64,000 nt of DNA from Podarcis erhardii (GCA_964252035.1 OZ176201.1), one strand, 5' to 3'; shown: positions 25,044-38,285, counted from the first letter of the stretch. The notes: a model not told the origin generated them from the sequence alone. Numbers and translations: made by a program.

Positions 25044-26350
25044 TAATTTATATGTATAGATGCAGAATTAAGTAAAAATGCATCTCACCATAGTTACCAG
25101 GTGACCTGTGTTGGCCAAGTGCTGCAAACTGTTATTGGGCAACTTCAAGTCTCCTCATGCTTTCTTTTCTTATGGTTCTATATCTTTAAACTGGACCTTG
25201 GACCAGACACATCCCCTCTATTTTTCTGCCCAAAGTGGAACAACAAATGGTACTCCCCACTCTTAGTTAAAGCTGGCCAAGTTATTTTGGCACCTGAGGC
25301 AGAAAAATCCCACAAGCACCTGTCCCTGAGAGTAAAAATATAACAATGATACATCTAACAGTTTTTTGCTCTTGGTGACACCCTAAAGTGGCTTCCTGAG
25401 CTGGGCTCCTCACTCTGCATAATGGTAGGGCCAGTCTTGTCACACCACTCAAAGCAGGATCTGCTGTGGACATGCCGAGACATTCTTGCTCCCTTCCCTG
25501 GAAGTGTTGTGGTAGAAGATACTTCATCTGCCAAGCTTCAGCAGATAATTCCCTGGGTACCAGCAGAACTAAAAAGCACATGCCCTTTCTTGACCTTGAG
25601 CGAAGGTTTGCAAAGGCGTCTTGCATGAGCCCTCATTTACTGATGGAAAGGAATCAGCAGCCCATGGTTTTTCCCAACTTGCCCATGCCAGATGGTGGGT
25701 GTGATTCAGGATCACTGTTTCCTGTTCTGAATACTAACCCCAACCTTCAGGACTTGAATTACAACCCCAGTACACTTTTCACTGCAGAATTTACATAGAG
25801 GTAGACCTGTAACATAGTCCTTCTAGGGCATTGCCACGTCAAAATGGTTAAAATGCCCCCAAGTTTCAGTTACTTACAATTTACAGGTTTATTTCTGTAC
25901 ACAAAAACTCTAAATATGTCTCAAGAAAATCAACTGACTGTTGTACATAGGCTGTTTGCATGGTAACATGATGGGATGCATGTAGTGCTGTAGAATCAGT
26001 GCCAAGGACTGGGACAAAAAATACCCCAAGAAATCTATAGATTTTGTTTTACCACCAGAATGTTTTGTTTGTTTTTTGTCTCACTCATGTTACTAGAGTC
26101 CCCCCCAAGCCCCCCCCAATCTGACCCAGATAAACAAAAAAATAGTTTTTTTAAAATGCCCATCTTCTAACATTGGAATGTAGTTTGGGGTAAACTACCC
26201 ATAACAACATTTTTGAAGGTTGTAAAAGGGTTTCCCTCCCAATGAGGAATATAAAAAAATCATAGTAAAGAGAAGAGTTTTATTAACCAGACCTACTACT
26301 TTGTTGGATTGTGGCCTTGGTCTCCCAGGGCTATTGTTGATGGTTCAGTA

Positions 26351-26706
26351 AAAAAAGGTAAAGGACCCCTGACAGTTAAGTCCAGTCGTGAACAACTCTG
26401 GGCTTGCGGCGCTCATCTCGCTTTACTGGCTGAGGGAGCTGACGTTTGTTTGCAGACAGTTTTTCTGGGTCATGTAGCCAGCATGACTAAGCTGCTTCTG
26501 GCGAAACCAGAGCAGCACACAGAAACGCCATTTACCTTCCCACTGGAGCGGTACCTATTTATCTACTTGTGCTTTGATGTGCTTTTGAACTGCTAGGTTG
26601 GCAGGAGCAGGGACCAAGCAACGGGAGCTCACCCCATCGTGGGGATTCGAACCGCCACCTTCTGATCGGCAAGCCGTGGTTTAGACCACAGCACCACCCA
26701 CGTCCC
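26351..26706 (-). mobile_element. Sauria SINE, near full length
   Basis: Highly similar to 24696-25043; imperfect TSD. Confidence 0.88.
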
Positions 26707-27508
26707 TGGATGTTTCAGTAGCTTATATCAAATAATTGATATTTATCCTGCATTTTACAATTCTGTCAACCTTTCATATCTAATGAGATATGAGGCTGTC
26801 CTGCATTTAGAACTGGAAAGGATTGGACTAGATGGCTATATTTTTCTAACCTTTTTCTGAGAACTAACGAAGCATGGAACTGTTATTTGTTTCAATTAAA
26901 TAAATATTGAGAGAAACAAAAAGGAGGAGAAAATATCCGATTAAACTGTGTAACAATTCCTCTATTTGTGGAGCTAAACTCTTATTTAATGCAGGATCAG
27001 AACTAGAAGAGGCTGGGAGTACACAAACTCTGCATAGCAAAGAAGAGGAGACACAAAATTGCACAGGCAGTAGCGAAATAATATGCAGAGGCAGTAGAGG
27101 TGAAGGGAACATGTAGCTGATAGGGGCCTTTAGAGGAAAAGTTCAAATAAAAATTGGATTAGGTCTCTTGCTGTGCCTTGAGTAAACAAATTGAAATTCT
27201 GTTTGATGCAGTCCAGCAAAATAAAAGCAAGCCGATCAGTAAGCTTTATGTGTGAACAGGTTCCATTTTATTTTTCTTTAGAATTGTACCTTTCATCAAG
27301 ATTTAACAAACTATTTATATAATTCTTTATCAGTCAGGATAAAGAGCATTGCAAACATTTCTGAGAACCTAAGTCTGCATCACTGCAAAGAAAATGGATG
27401 TTGACTTATCCTTCCCAAATGTCCAGCCATGATTCCACCTTAATTGGCATTTTTCCTGGTCAGTTATATACATTGCTAATTCTAGCTGAAAGTCAAGCAA
27501 CTACTGTA

Positions 27509-27734
27509 CAGTGGTACCTCGGGTTAAGAACTTAATTCGTTCCGGAGGTCCGTTCTTAACCTGAAACTGTTCTTAACCTGAGGTACCACTTTAGCTAATC
27601 AGGCCTCCTGCTGCTGCTGCACCGCTGCCACGTGATTTCTGTTCTCATCCTGAGGTAAAGTTCTTAACCCGAGGTACTATTTCTGGGTTAGCAGAGTCTG
27701 TAACCCAAAGTGTTTGTAACCCGAGGTACCACTG
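27509..27734. mobile_element. Tigger-like MITE
   Basis: cagtggtacctcggg...ccgaggtaccactg with TA TSD. Confidence 0.88.
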
Positions 27735-29066
27735 TATTATGTTATGGTAATGTAATAGCACCCATGTCAGCTCTTGCCTAGTAAAGCACATTTCTCAGTC
27801 AGATGGCACAAAGCCACTTAACGTGCCATTCATTCCCTTTTTAGTGTCAGCTGAACCTTGCAAGTGGAGGAGGAGAAGGGCTCCACCCATGCACATTCTG
27901 TTCTCTTAAGCAAAGAGTACAAGTTGTAGCTGCAACTTTAATGGTGTCAGCTCTAAATTAAACAGATACATACAATTTACTATAAGCCATATGTTAACAT
28001 TCATGTGGCGCTGCATGCCTTCTTAAAAAAGACACGCCTTCCATTGTCTCTCGAGACAGACGGATGCCAACTTCCTTCTAAAAAAAGATTAGGCATTGTT
28101 GCATTGAGGCTTTTGCTAAAGCATGAAGCTTTAGTAAAGGAGGTGCTTTTTGGACTGGTGATGTTGTTGCTTTTGATGATGATGTGGTGATGATGAGGAT
28201 GAGGATGAGGATGACTGGTGCTGATAATATTCTAAGCAGGAATTGCCTAGGGCTTTAGGTTAGAAAAGTCTCCCTTCCTTCAGGTCCAGTGAGGACAGGA
28301 TGATCAGCACACAAATCTCTGTGCTGCTAAGCAGAGAAGAATGTTAGGCTTCACTAATGCATCCAGTGTTCAATGCATAGTTTCCCTCATTGAAATCAAT
28401 GGGTTTAAACATGTATAACTGGAGGAAAAAATGTGACTATGGGCCAACTGATATAGTAATCAATGAAACAGTGGGCAATTGTCTATCTGAGGTTGTCTGG
28501 CATTCTCATAAGATCCATAGTCTGCCCAACTAGAATTCTGACTGTGGGTTTCGTTAGATTTGTTTCATAACTTGGAAAAAACATTCTGAAAGCAGAACAG
28601 CCTGTTACTAATAATATGAGCTTAAAGAGTCTTAAGGATATGTGTGGGCTGTAGTCACATAACTCTTATTGGCATAAATGAGACTTTTGCCCAGATAATG
28701 CCCTGCACTTGCACATGGAAGTATAATACATTCTCTAAATACTGGACTATTGCTCATCTCTTATTTACACATCTGTTTATAAAATATAATTGCTAGCTTT
28801 TGGGTTGACATACCCAAAGGAATGCATAGCTTCTTCCTTCTGTAATTTATTGCCCTAGACATGGATGACAGTGAACTTGCTTTCTTCAATCACTCTTCCC
28901 AGGTCACCCCCACCTGGTTTAGTTTATGTTTGAATTTGGGCTTCCCAGAATACCAGAAGGGAATCTCCCATTAGGAGATGGGTTCTTTAAATACTTTCAC
29001 CATTTGTTAAAGTGCTGTTACAATGCTTGCTTTGGATGTGAGAAGCATCTGTGCTATACCTTTGGT

Positions 29067-29203
29067 CAGGCATCCCCAAACTTGGCCCTCCAGATGTTTT
29101 GGGTCTACAACTCCCATCATCTCTGACCACTGGTCCTGTTAGCTAGGGATGATGGGAGCTGTAGTCCCAAAACACCTTGGAGGGCTGAGTTTGGGGATGC
29201 CTG
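29067..29203. mobile_element. Palindromic hAT MITE
   Basis: TIR caggcatccccaaact / agtttggggatgcctg; perfect TSD CCTTTGGT. Confidence 0.88.
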
Positions 29204-30939
29204 CCTTTGGTGCTTGTTGGTTATACAAGCCGGAATATTCAGTTCATTTGTATACACACAGGCTGTAGGGACAATTGACAGAGCTAGCATGACCACAGCA
29301 GAAGAGCATTCCAAGCAAGGTTTACACATTTCCAGTTACACATTTGGCCCTTGCCAACCTGGTATCTTCCAGATGTTTTGGATGACACCTCTCACCAGCC
29401 ACAGCCAGCAAAGGCAGCATTATATTGAGACATAGGCCCCCTTCAAGCATTCATATCCAGTGTTAAGTAAGCCTGTGAAAGGGACAAACTAATGCTCTCC
29501 CCTGTTACCATTCTCATCACCCTCCATGTGGATTGCAATGTGGGGAACAGGGCTGGTATGCATGGTTCCTTCTTGTGGTGCAGGTATAAAACCTGAATAG
29601 GGCTTTTAATTCCTAAGCATGAGAGCAGGGTGTTATTTCCAGATTCAATTGCAAATTGCATAGGAAAAAAATCCACTCCAGGGGCTGACGGGAACAAGCA
29701 CTAGTGTACATTGTTGGAGACACCTGTGTATACTTTCTATTAATGTTTTATTTCTGTGGTAACCTTGGTTTGAGACCCTACATTGCCTTGGGCTGTTCTT
29801 GCAGAAAGGAGGCTAATAAATAATTTCTGGGAAAATGTAAGGAGGCTGACAAACTGAAGTGATTTCCTGTACATTTTCTCTGTAGCGCAAATATAGCATT
29901 CTGCCGAACCACGTTCAAATGATATGTGGGCTCGAGCTTTAGAGACTGTGTGAGATTTGTCTCCCTGAAATGCAATTAGTTTGTTAGAATTGCAGGCAGC
30001 TTCATAAACCTGCTTACATCACCAGTTTAATTGTCCATGCCCTGTTTTTCTGTACATAGAGGAATGCTGTGTAACGCAATGGCAATTAAAAATCCTCATT
30101 TTTGAGACTCAATAAAACAAGGAGGGCTCATTACAAGCTGTGCTTTGGCTGCAAAGGACATAAGCAATGGTGCTGGGGAAACATGGCAGTTAATGACAAA
30201 GTGGCAACCAAGGGATATCTTGAAGACGGAGCTTAGCATACGTTGCTTGCTAACCAATTTTTAAAGATACACAGTTTTAGTGCAAGATTCTTGGGATTTG
30301 TTGCTGTGCAGAATGGAGGGTCGTACAGAGGCACTCTGAGGAATATCCAACACAATATTAGTGTGGCATTTGATTTGCAGTTTTTGAAGCGGTAGTGAAC
30401 ACTGAAGTACTAGTATAACTGTCACTCAGTATAGAAATAATGGTAATGGTTGCACTAGCTGTTGTGCACTATATTCTACTGGTGCAAGTGACCCACTAGA
30501 TTTAAGCAGGGCACAAGAAAGATTCAACATAAGGCTTCTGTTATTGGAATGGCTTCTGTGCTAGTAATGTGACATCATTGGACATCCCCCTCTTTTTATA
30601 TCTCTCTGCGCAGAGATTCCTTTGGACTCCTCGTGAAAATGACTGATGGTGGCCTTGCTTTAGGCATCAACTACATGCTATTTAGAGTCTCAGTATGTTT
30701 TCCTTGCATGTTTTTTTCCCCTTTCCACAAAGCAGTTTGGGACAGCCTATTTCTAAATGGAAGAAGGGCAGAAGGGAAGATGTTGCTTAAAAATGTTCCT
30801 CTCTAATAACTTATTCCAGCTCAAAATCACCCTCATCCCCAAGCTGCATTTTCACCTGTGGGAGAAAAGATACAGGGTCACCGTATCTTTCTGCCACTTC
30901 CCCACTTCTTCAGCTTAGTTTCAGTTATTTTAGTTATGT

Positions 30940-31157
30940 TTGCTTATTAATATTGTTTTATACAACAGTGTTTCATTTCAGCTGTTAAATTAGCTTAGCT
31001 TATTTGGTATTTGTGTACAATGCTGCATAGATTGATTGTTTTGACTGTATGGTTTATCCATAATTGTTTTTCATGTGTTTTGAATGGTGATGCTTCTTGT
31101 TCCTCTTATACCTTGTGAGCCACTTTGGGCACATGCTTCTGAGGAGAAAGCAGCATA
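30940..31157 (+). mobile_element. L2-type 3' end remnant
   Basis: T-rich stretch ending ttgtgagccactttggg...gaaagcagcata, similar to L2 tails. Confidence 0.4.
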
Positions 31158-31366
31158 CAGTGGTAACCTCAGGTTAAGAACTTAATTCGTTCTGGAGGTC
31201 AGTTCTTAACCTGAAACTGTTCTTAACCTGAGGTACCACTTTAGCCAATGGCGCCTCCCGCCGCCGCCGCACATTTCTGTTCTCATCCTGAAGCAAAGTT
31301 TTTAACCTGAGGTACTATTTCTGGGTTAGCAGAGTCTGTAACCTGAAGCGTCTGTAACCCGAGGTA
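31158..31366. mobile_element. Tigger-like MITE with truncated right TIR
   Basis: Same family as 27509; ends at ...gaggta. Confidence 0.8.
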
Positions 31367-31392
31367 TAAGTAGGTGATGATGACTCATACAA

Positions 31393-31516
31393 CAGCTCAG
31401 TCAGTACAGCATAAGACTCTTAATCTCAGGGTCATAGGTTTGAGCCCCATGTTGGGCAAAAGATTGAAGGGGATGGAGTAAGATAACCCTTGGGTTCCCT
31501 TCCATGATTCTATGAT
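31393..31516 (+). mobile_element. tRNA(Lys)-derived SINE with CR1-type tail
   Basis: agctcagtcagtacagcataagactcttaatctcagggtcataggtttgagcccc head followed by a ttccatgattctatgat CR1 tail. Confidence 0.7.
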
Positions 31517-32935
31517 GTGAGAAAAAGCAACAAGGGAGAGGGTGATTTTGGAAAATGACACATGGGGAAAGAGACCAGCAGCATTTCTGCCTCTTTTCCA
31601 TTCATTTGCTGACCCAGACTGATTTGGGTTTCAACTCCACCCACGAATAAATATGGAAGAGAGAATACTGGAAGTCAACAGAAACTTCATACATTGCTGG
31701 TCACTTTGTTCTGATCAGATTTGTCTTGTCATTTATGTAAGTTGCTGCTTATGGACGTTATTGGAATGGCACAGATAGAGCCAAACTCCAAGGAAGCAGC
31801 TTCTACACTCTTCAATTATCTTATGAATTTGGCTTTAATCCCTTGCCCCACTTCTGGCAGGGTGGCCCTCTTATCTATCACCAAAAAAGTGGAAATCCAC
31901 CATCCCCAAAGAGGGACGGTTTTGAAGAAAATTTGGATATGTATCTAGATTCAGTTGTAGACATAACTTGTTTAATGTAAATAGAAATAAAATCCATTTC
32001 ACCATAGTAGGGGAGACTGTGTCCAGGTGAGCAGTCTTCTGTGCATGTACTAACTGTTGATTGGCAGTTTCAAGACCTCTGCTCTGTGCTCTTCCTCCTT
32101 AGAGTTCTTTATATTCAAACCAGGCTTGGCAAGTGGGCAGCTGTTCAGTATACTTCTTCAGACAGAGGACTTCCTCTATCTAGTAGCCAGCCTAACATCT
32201 GAAGATACCAATTTTATAGGGCTGGGAAGCAGGTTTCCAGCACTATCATCACAGGCAAACCTTCATACGACACCCAAAGGGCTATAAGTGAAGACCCATG
32301 CATTAAAAAATAAAATAAAAAATCATAATAACTTTATCTGAAGAGTGAGCTTCAACCACAAATCAGGCGTAGCTTAATGGAGCTTCCCATTGCCAAGCCT
32401 ATGGCGCTTCTTAAATGGTGGCTGTACAAATGCTGTTTCCGCTGCCCCAGCAAAAGCAGATTTATAGCAGCACTTTGCCCTACATTCTGTATGCTTCTGG
32501 CTGCATCAATACAGAATCCTGAAAAATAAAAGAAAAAGGACATCCTTTTTAGTTTTTCACACACCACCCAGAAATGTACATTTTGTAATGATTTAGGGTT
32601 TGGGTTTTTTTTAAGATAGCATTACTACAGGCCAATTGCTTCCAGATAAAGCCCATATTTGGTGACTTGCCTTCTGATTTTCAAGTGGGGATCTGCATAT
32701 ATTTCACACAAATGTGTCCTCTTTTTGCACTCTGTTTTTGTGATTTGGAAGTGGTAACCTTAACTGCAAGTAGAGAAAGTGAGAAGTCATTGGTAAAATA
32801 ATATATTAAGAAATGTAGAGGAATTAGTCTTCCACTCACAGGCAAATTACCATATCTCTTTCGGTTCTCCATCTGTCAAATGTTAATATTATTGGCCATT
32901 GTGAAGATGAATGAGCATCGTAAAGGAGGCTAGGG

Positions 32936-33436
32936 AAGGGCCATAGCTCAGTGGTGAAGCATACATGTTACACTTAAAAGGTGTCAGGTTCAATCCCTAA
33001 TATATCTAGGCAGGGCTGGAAAAGACTCGTGATCAAGCCCCAGAGAGCTGCTACCAGTCAAGGAATAGCTGGACCATGGATAGGCATACTAAGGCCTGGA
33101 GGCCAGATCTGGTCCAATCACCTTCTAAATCCGGCCCGCGGACAGTCAGCGTGTTTTTACATAAGTAGAATGTGTCCTTTTATTTAAAATGCATCTCTGG
33201 GTTATTTGTAGGACCTGCTTGATGTTTTTACATGAGTAGAATGTGTGCTTTTATTTAAAATGCACCTCTGGGTTATTTGTGGGGCATAGGAATTCGTTCA
33301 TTATTTTTTTTCCAAAATATAGTCCGCCCCCCCACAAGGTCTGAGGGACAGTGGACCGGCCCCCTGCTGAAAAAGTTTGCTGACCCCTGAGCTGGACCAA
33401 TGGTCTGACTTGGTGTATGGCTGCTTCCTTTGTTCC
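32936..33436 (+). mobile_element. Squam2-like SINE interrupted by a hAT element
   Basis: The head ggccatagctcagtggt...ggttcaatccc resumes after the insertion as agctggaccaatggtctgacttggtgtatggctgcttcctttgttcc. Confidence 0.75.
33075..33389. mobile_element. hAT element with internal tandem duplication, nested in a SINE
   Basis: Perfect TSD AGCTGGAC (33067-33074 and 33390-33397); reverse-complement homologue of 11613-11861; a ~58-nt unit occurs at 33152 and 33223. Confidence 0.85.
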
Positions 33437-33937
33437 ACTTTGGGCAAATAATCATACTTAATACTGAACTTCCCAGCAGGCTTAATGTAGAATAGTACAA
33501 CAAGCTAAGGCTGACATGATTTGGGTGTAAATACAACTTATAGTAAGATAATTTTAAGACTGTGCCATACATCTTTCTGTTCATGCACACTAATGTTTAG
33601 GTGATACACTGCCTTTAAAAACTTTTTTTTCTTTAAATCTGAACCAATAGAAGTAATGGATACCTTTGAAAGATGCATTAAGTTAGAAGAGAGAAAATGT
33701 CTACTCAGCTATCTTGGCATTCTCAGTAAATTGAGCTGTAAACATCAGTCTGGAAATGGTGTTCCCTCTTTCATTTCTTTCTGTAAAGCCATTTCAGTGT
33801 TTTGTGCAGAACTGTCATTATTTAAAAGGGGCCTAAATCTAGTCTTGATGGTTTCTAATGGAGCTGTCTATGAATGTAATTGCTGTGTTCAGCTGTTATA
33901 TGACTCCAGTGCTTTCTTCCCTTTCTTTTTCAAACAG

Positions 33938-34086
33938 TTCTAGCCAAAAGAGTGATGATGATTATGAAGATTATACAACCAACAAAACCTGGGTTTTGAC
34001 TCCCAAAGTTCATGAAAGTGATGTTACCCTTATTTTAAATGGCCTGCTGGAGGGATATGATAACAAACTAAGGCCAGATATAGGAG
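33938..34086 (+). CDS. GABRG2: GABRG2 coding exon 2
   Basis: Polypyrimidine tract + CAG acceptor, then (G)[49 protein letters not shown], then G|GTGAGG donor; 149 nt. Confidence 0.97.
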
Positions 34087-35727
34087 GTGAGGGTATTTTC
34101 CTTCATTTGTTAATAGCAGTGAGTTGGAAGCGGAAGTGATGGTGATCACTTAACAAAGTGGAAATGACAATAAAGAAAATATAATATACTTAGCTGCTGA
34201 CAATTAGTGTTTCCATTAAAGAATCTGTAACCAAAGCTTTCTGAAACAAGTGTTTAGACCTCTAACTGGTATTACACCCACACCCACACCCACACACCCA
34301 CACACAGACACACACGTCAAAGCTCATAGTTATTTAAAGAATAGTAATGGCATCTCATTATAAACATATTGCTGTTCAAATTAATTTGATGAAATGTTCA
34401 GGAATCTATGAGCGAAGTGGTGCCTGAAGTCAATGGCAAAGACTGTTTCAGAATTTGTATTGCACCACTCTAATATAACATTCATTGAACAATTTCAATT
34501 AAGATTAATTAAGTGGTTCAAGGCATAGGGTCATGCTGTCGTTGTGTGTGAAAGAATAACATGGTCAGTAAATATTTTAAGTCATTTAACAGCATGATCA
34601 CAAAGGTATTAAGCTACAGTAATATATAGTGGCATGGATAGAAGAGAATATGGCAAAGGTAATTTTTTGATCCTTAATCAATGTGCATTAATGAAATTAT
34701 TTGTACTTTAGTAGACAAGCTTTCAGGTATTGTCAGTAAACTAATAAATCATGTCAGATACAAGTCCTGGAGAGCTAGTGTAGTCATAACAAGTCATGTT
34801 GTTCCAAAGAAATCATCAGTGAAAATGCCAGCAAGAGCATGATAACGGATAACTAGGTACTATTTTAATCCAGTCCAAATAACAGGCATCAAAAGAAGTC
34901 ATAAAGTGGTCAATGAGTGGCCTGGGGTTGCAACCACCAACCCATCCAATGATATTCAGATTTGGAGGAACTGGGAAACTCAGAGTGGGGCTGGGCCAGG
35001 ATGGACAAGGGCTGAGGCAGCAAAATTGATAGGCATAAAAATGAAAGATAATGAGTACTTCTTCCATGGGGGTTTTTATCTATGACTGCATTATGATGGC
35101 TCATAAGGAGGAGAGAAAATATAATTCGAAAGCAGCTATGCTGATCACGGTTTGATTTATGCATTGCAATCCTCCAAGCATTATTATTGTTATAGTTGAT
35201 GTTGATTTCTTTTTCATGATGTTGATGGTTCATGATGTTGTAGCTGTTGCTGCTGCTGCTGCTGTTTTGTTTCTTGGACTTTTTCTGTATCTGCAGAACC
35301 CTCTTCTGGCTAAATTAGTCATTTTGTGTTCATTTGTACAATGTGAAATGTCTGATGTGATGTATCATTAAGAGACTTCAGAAATACAATACAGTTTCCT
35401 ATCAAAAAAGGAAATAAGTGTTATAACTATCCCCACCCCTTGCAAAAATACTGATTTGATTACAATCACATTAATAACACAATAGTATAAATGGGGTCAA
35501 AATCCACTCCCTTCTTCACTACGGTCATCAAGTAAGAATGCAATTTTATTCATCCTGCATTTATTGATATGGAAAATCTCACATACCCAAGTCCTTTTAT
35601 GTTCTTTCTTTCTAGAACACAATCAGATTCTTTCTCTAAATACTATATTTTGTATCTAGGATTTTCCTTTATGTTCTGGATGTTTTACCTCATGTGATAT
35701 TAGCAGTTGTTACTGTTTTTGTTACAG

Positions 35728-35795
35728 TGCAGCCAACGGTAATTCATACTGATATGTATATCAATAGCATTGGCCCAGTGAATGCCATCAATATG
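35728..35795 (+). CDS. GABRG2: GABRG2 coding exon 3
   Basis: ttacag|TG CAG...; reads (V)[22 protein letters not shown]; ATG|GTAAGT donor; 68 nt. Confidence 0.97.
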
Positions 35796-35823
35796 GTAAG
35801 TAGCATATATTAATACATTTTAC

Positions 35824-35954
35824 CAGGGTTATTTTTCTAGAAAAAGAGGTGTTGGAACTCACTATGAATGCCACCCTTGTTCTCTTATAATGGCAATGGC
35901 ACCCACATGAGAGGTGCTGGAACTCACATGAGTTCCGGCTTTAAAAATGCCCTG
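35824..35954. mobile_element. Short hAT-type MITE
   Basis: TIR cagggttattttt / aaaaatgccctg; TSD cattttac / cattttgc (7/8); internal direct repeat gaggtg(t/c)tggaactcac. Confidence 0.7.
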
Positions 35955-36164
35955 CATTTTGCCATGTTTGTATTGTAAATTATGTTATTCCTGAATGCCA
36001 ATAAACATTGCTGTACACACCAACCAACACCCCTGTATTCTACCCCATGTATCAGACAGAGCAAAGGCACAATACTTGGATGATGAAGACTATACACATG
36101 TATCTAAAACTGGGTCACATGATTCAATCAGACTTCTGAATGGTTGCACATAGGTTTGCCATAA

Positions 36165-36257
36165 GGCTGCAATCCTATGCACATTTACATGGGAATAATC
36201 CCTTTCGGAGTCAGGGGACCTTACTAGTTCTGAGTAAACTTGTTCAGGATTGTGCTG
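36165..36257. mobile_element. ~90-bp imperfect palindrome, PIF/Harbinger-like MITE
   Basis: ggctgcaatcct...aggattgtgctg flanked by TAA/TTA; relatives at 39120, 40963, 44885 and 54309. Confidence 0.5.
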
Positions 36258-36955
36258 TTAGTAGAGATGTGGTTCTTTAATTCCATCCAAGATCAACTAA
36301 TTTCTGTAGCTAACATGAATATTTGTGTCCAAAGAATTATGGTTGCTAAATAAATACGTAAGAGCTGTTCATACTAAATTCTTAATTCTGCATTTCATAC
36401 TGAAATCTTCCTTCAGTAACATTCTTTTTAGTAGATAGTATACACAATATCTCTCTCTATTTAAGTTTGAGTGGGCCAAATAAGAATGATGGAAACACCA
36501 CACCAGCAACTAACCTAAATTTTTATACTGTAATTTGATGCTGTGAACGACTCTGAGATCTATGGATAAAGAACGGTGTACAAATTTAATTGATTAATAA
36601 TAAATTGTTTTCATTTACAACAACCCAAAATTGAGATTTATGTTTTACTGTATGAAAACATAGATTTGGGGAAATGGTGGGGAAATAGCTAAAGCAACAG
36701 TTCATTAGGAATGCAGTTTTAATGAACACTTACCTGGGAGCTGTAATGAGCTCAGTGGGTTTTACATCTGAGTGGGCATATATTGGAATTGTGTCAATGG
36801 GGCAATAGCATCTGATGCAGAAACATCATATTAAAACCAGGAGCTCTGTTCTATTGTGGGTCAGGCTACTGATGTGATGTGTGTGTTCTCTGTGAACTGG
36901 CCATGAAAGCTTTGAAAAGCAGGACTGAATGGACATGGAAACTTACTTTGTTTGA

Positions 36956-37195
<240 letters not shown>

Positions 37196-37404
37196 TAATC
37201 TTACCGCTTTTTAAATTTCATCCAATATACCTGTTACATGTTTCCAATATGAGTGAAAATGGTATCTCTACTTAATGAAAAGAAGTACGATGCCTTGAAT
37301 ATTTTAGACAAGATGAAACAATAATAAAGCTAAATGCCCCATAGAGCTCATGTGGTGTCTTGGTTAGAGGTTAGTGAATGACCTTGGGCCAGTCACTACC
37401 TCTT

Positions 37405-37649
37405 AGTGTGGTGTAGTGGTTAAGAGTGGTAGTCTCGTAATCTGGTGAACCGAGTTCGCGTCTCCGTTCCTCCACATGCAGCTGCTGGGTGACCTTGGGC
37501 TAGTCACACTTCTCTGAAGTCTCTCAGCCCCACTCACCTCACAGAGTGTTTGTTGTGGGGGAGGAAGGGAAAGGAGAATGTTAGCCGCTTTGAGACTCCT
37601 TAAAGGGAGTGAAAGGCGGGATATCAAATCCAAACTCTTCTTCTTCTTC
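37405..37649 (+). mobile_element. Squam3-like SINE
   Basis: Highly similar to 22476-22718 with a (CTT)n tail; lies ~210 nt after the exon-4 donor. Confidence 0.8.
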
Positions 37650-38285
37650 AGTCTAAGCATAGGAGCGGGACCCAAATTAAGACACCCACCAGCCTGTAAA
37701 TGGGCTGGGTTTGGATCCAGCAAATCCTTGCCCAGATATGCTACACCTCTGCCCCCGAAATGCCCCATTGAAGGATTTTGCACCTGTTATCACAAGTCGT
37801 TCTCAAACAGGCTGTACCTTCAGTGTGTATAATGTATATTTGTGGGTTGGTGGGGGCTTCAACAGCAGCTAAACTTCTATTATAGAGCATGGAAGAACCA
37901 AGTGAACAGCTCTGCCCCTTTCCCCCCACACGTGCAGTTTGGGGTTTAGGATTGAGACCATAATCTCTCAATCCCAGAATGTGCTTGCAGTGGCTGTGGA
38001 AGTGCCTGCACAAAGCTCCCTGCACAGCACAGTTTTGAACTGGGGCCTTGCACCCCAAATGAGAATAGTTTTGGACCAGTTTAACTATAATGGCTTCCAC
38101 TGAGAGAGTTAACAGTTCTGTTGAAGCCTGCTCTGAGAACTACATTTTCCAAGATGGCTCCAGGAGATAATCAAGTCAGTTTAGCTGGTATGACCACTCT
38201 TGAAGGCTTTATGAAAGGGAGCAAGATCATTCAAAACACAGCCTGCTTTAGAAACCTCCCTCCATTGGGAAGACCTCAGAAATGG

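Noticed and set aside
20250-29203. Recurring palindromic units superficially resembling a repeat-spacer array
   Set aside because: The copies are dispersed, irregularly spaced and each has an 8-bp TSD. They are hAT MITEs, not CRISPR or a tandem array.
31393-31450. tRNA-Lys-like sequence (also 50110-50172, 32940-33000, 22476-22540)
   Set aside because: These are degenerate SINE heads joined to SINE bodies or tails; they lack a proper acceptor stem and Pol III terminator, so they are not tRNA genes.
35170-35270. Trinucleotide mosaic (ATT/GAT/GCT) giving poly-residue ORFs
   Set aside because: A cryptic simple repeat in intron 2 with no splice signals or function evident.
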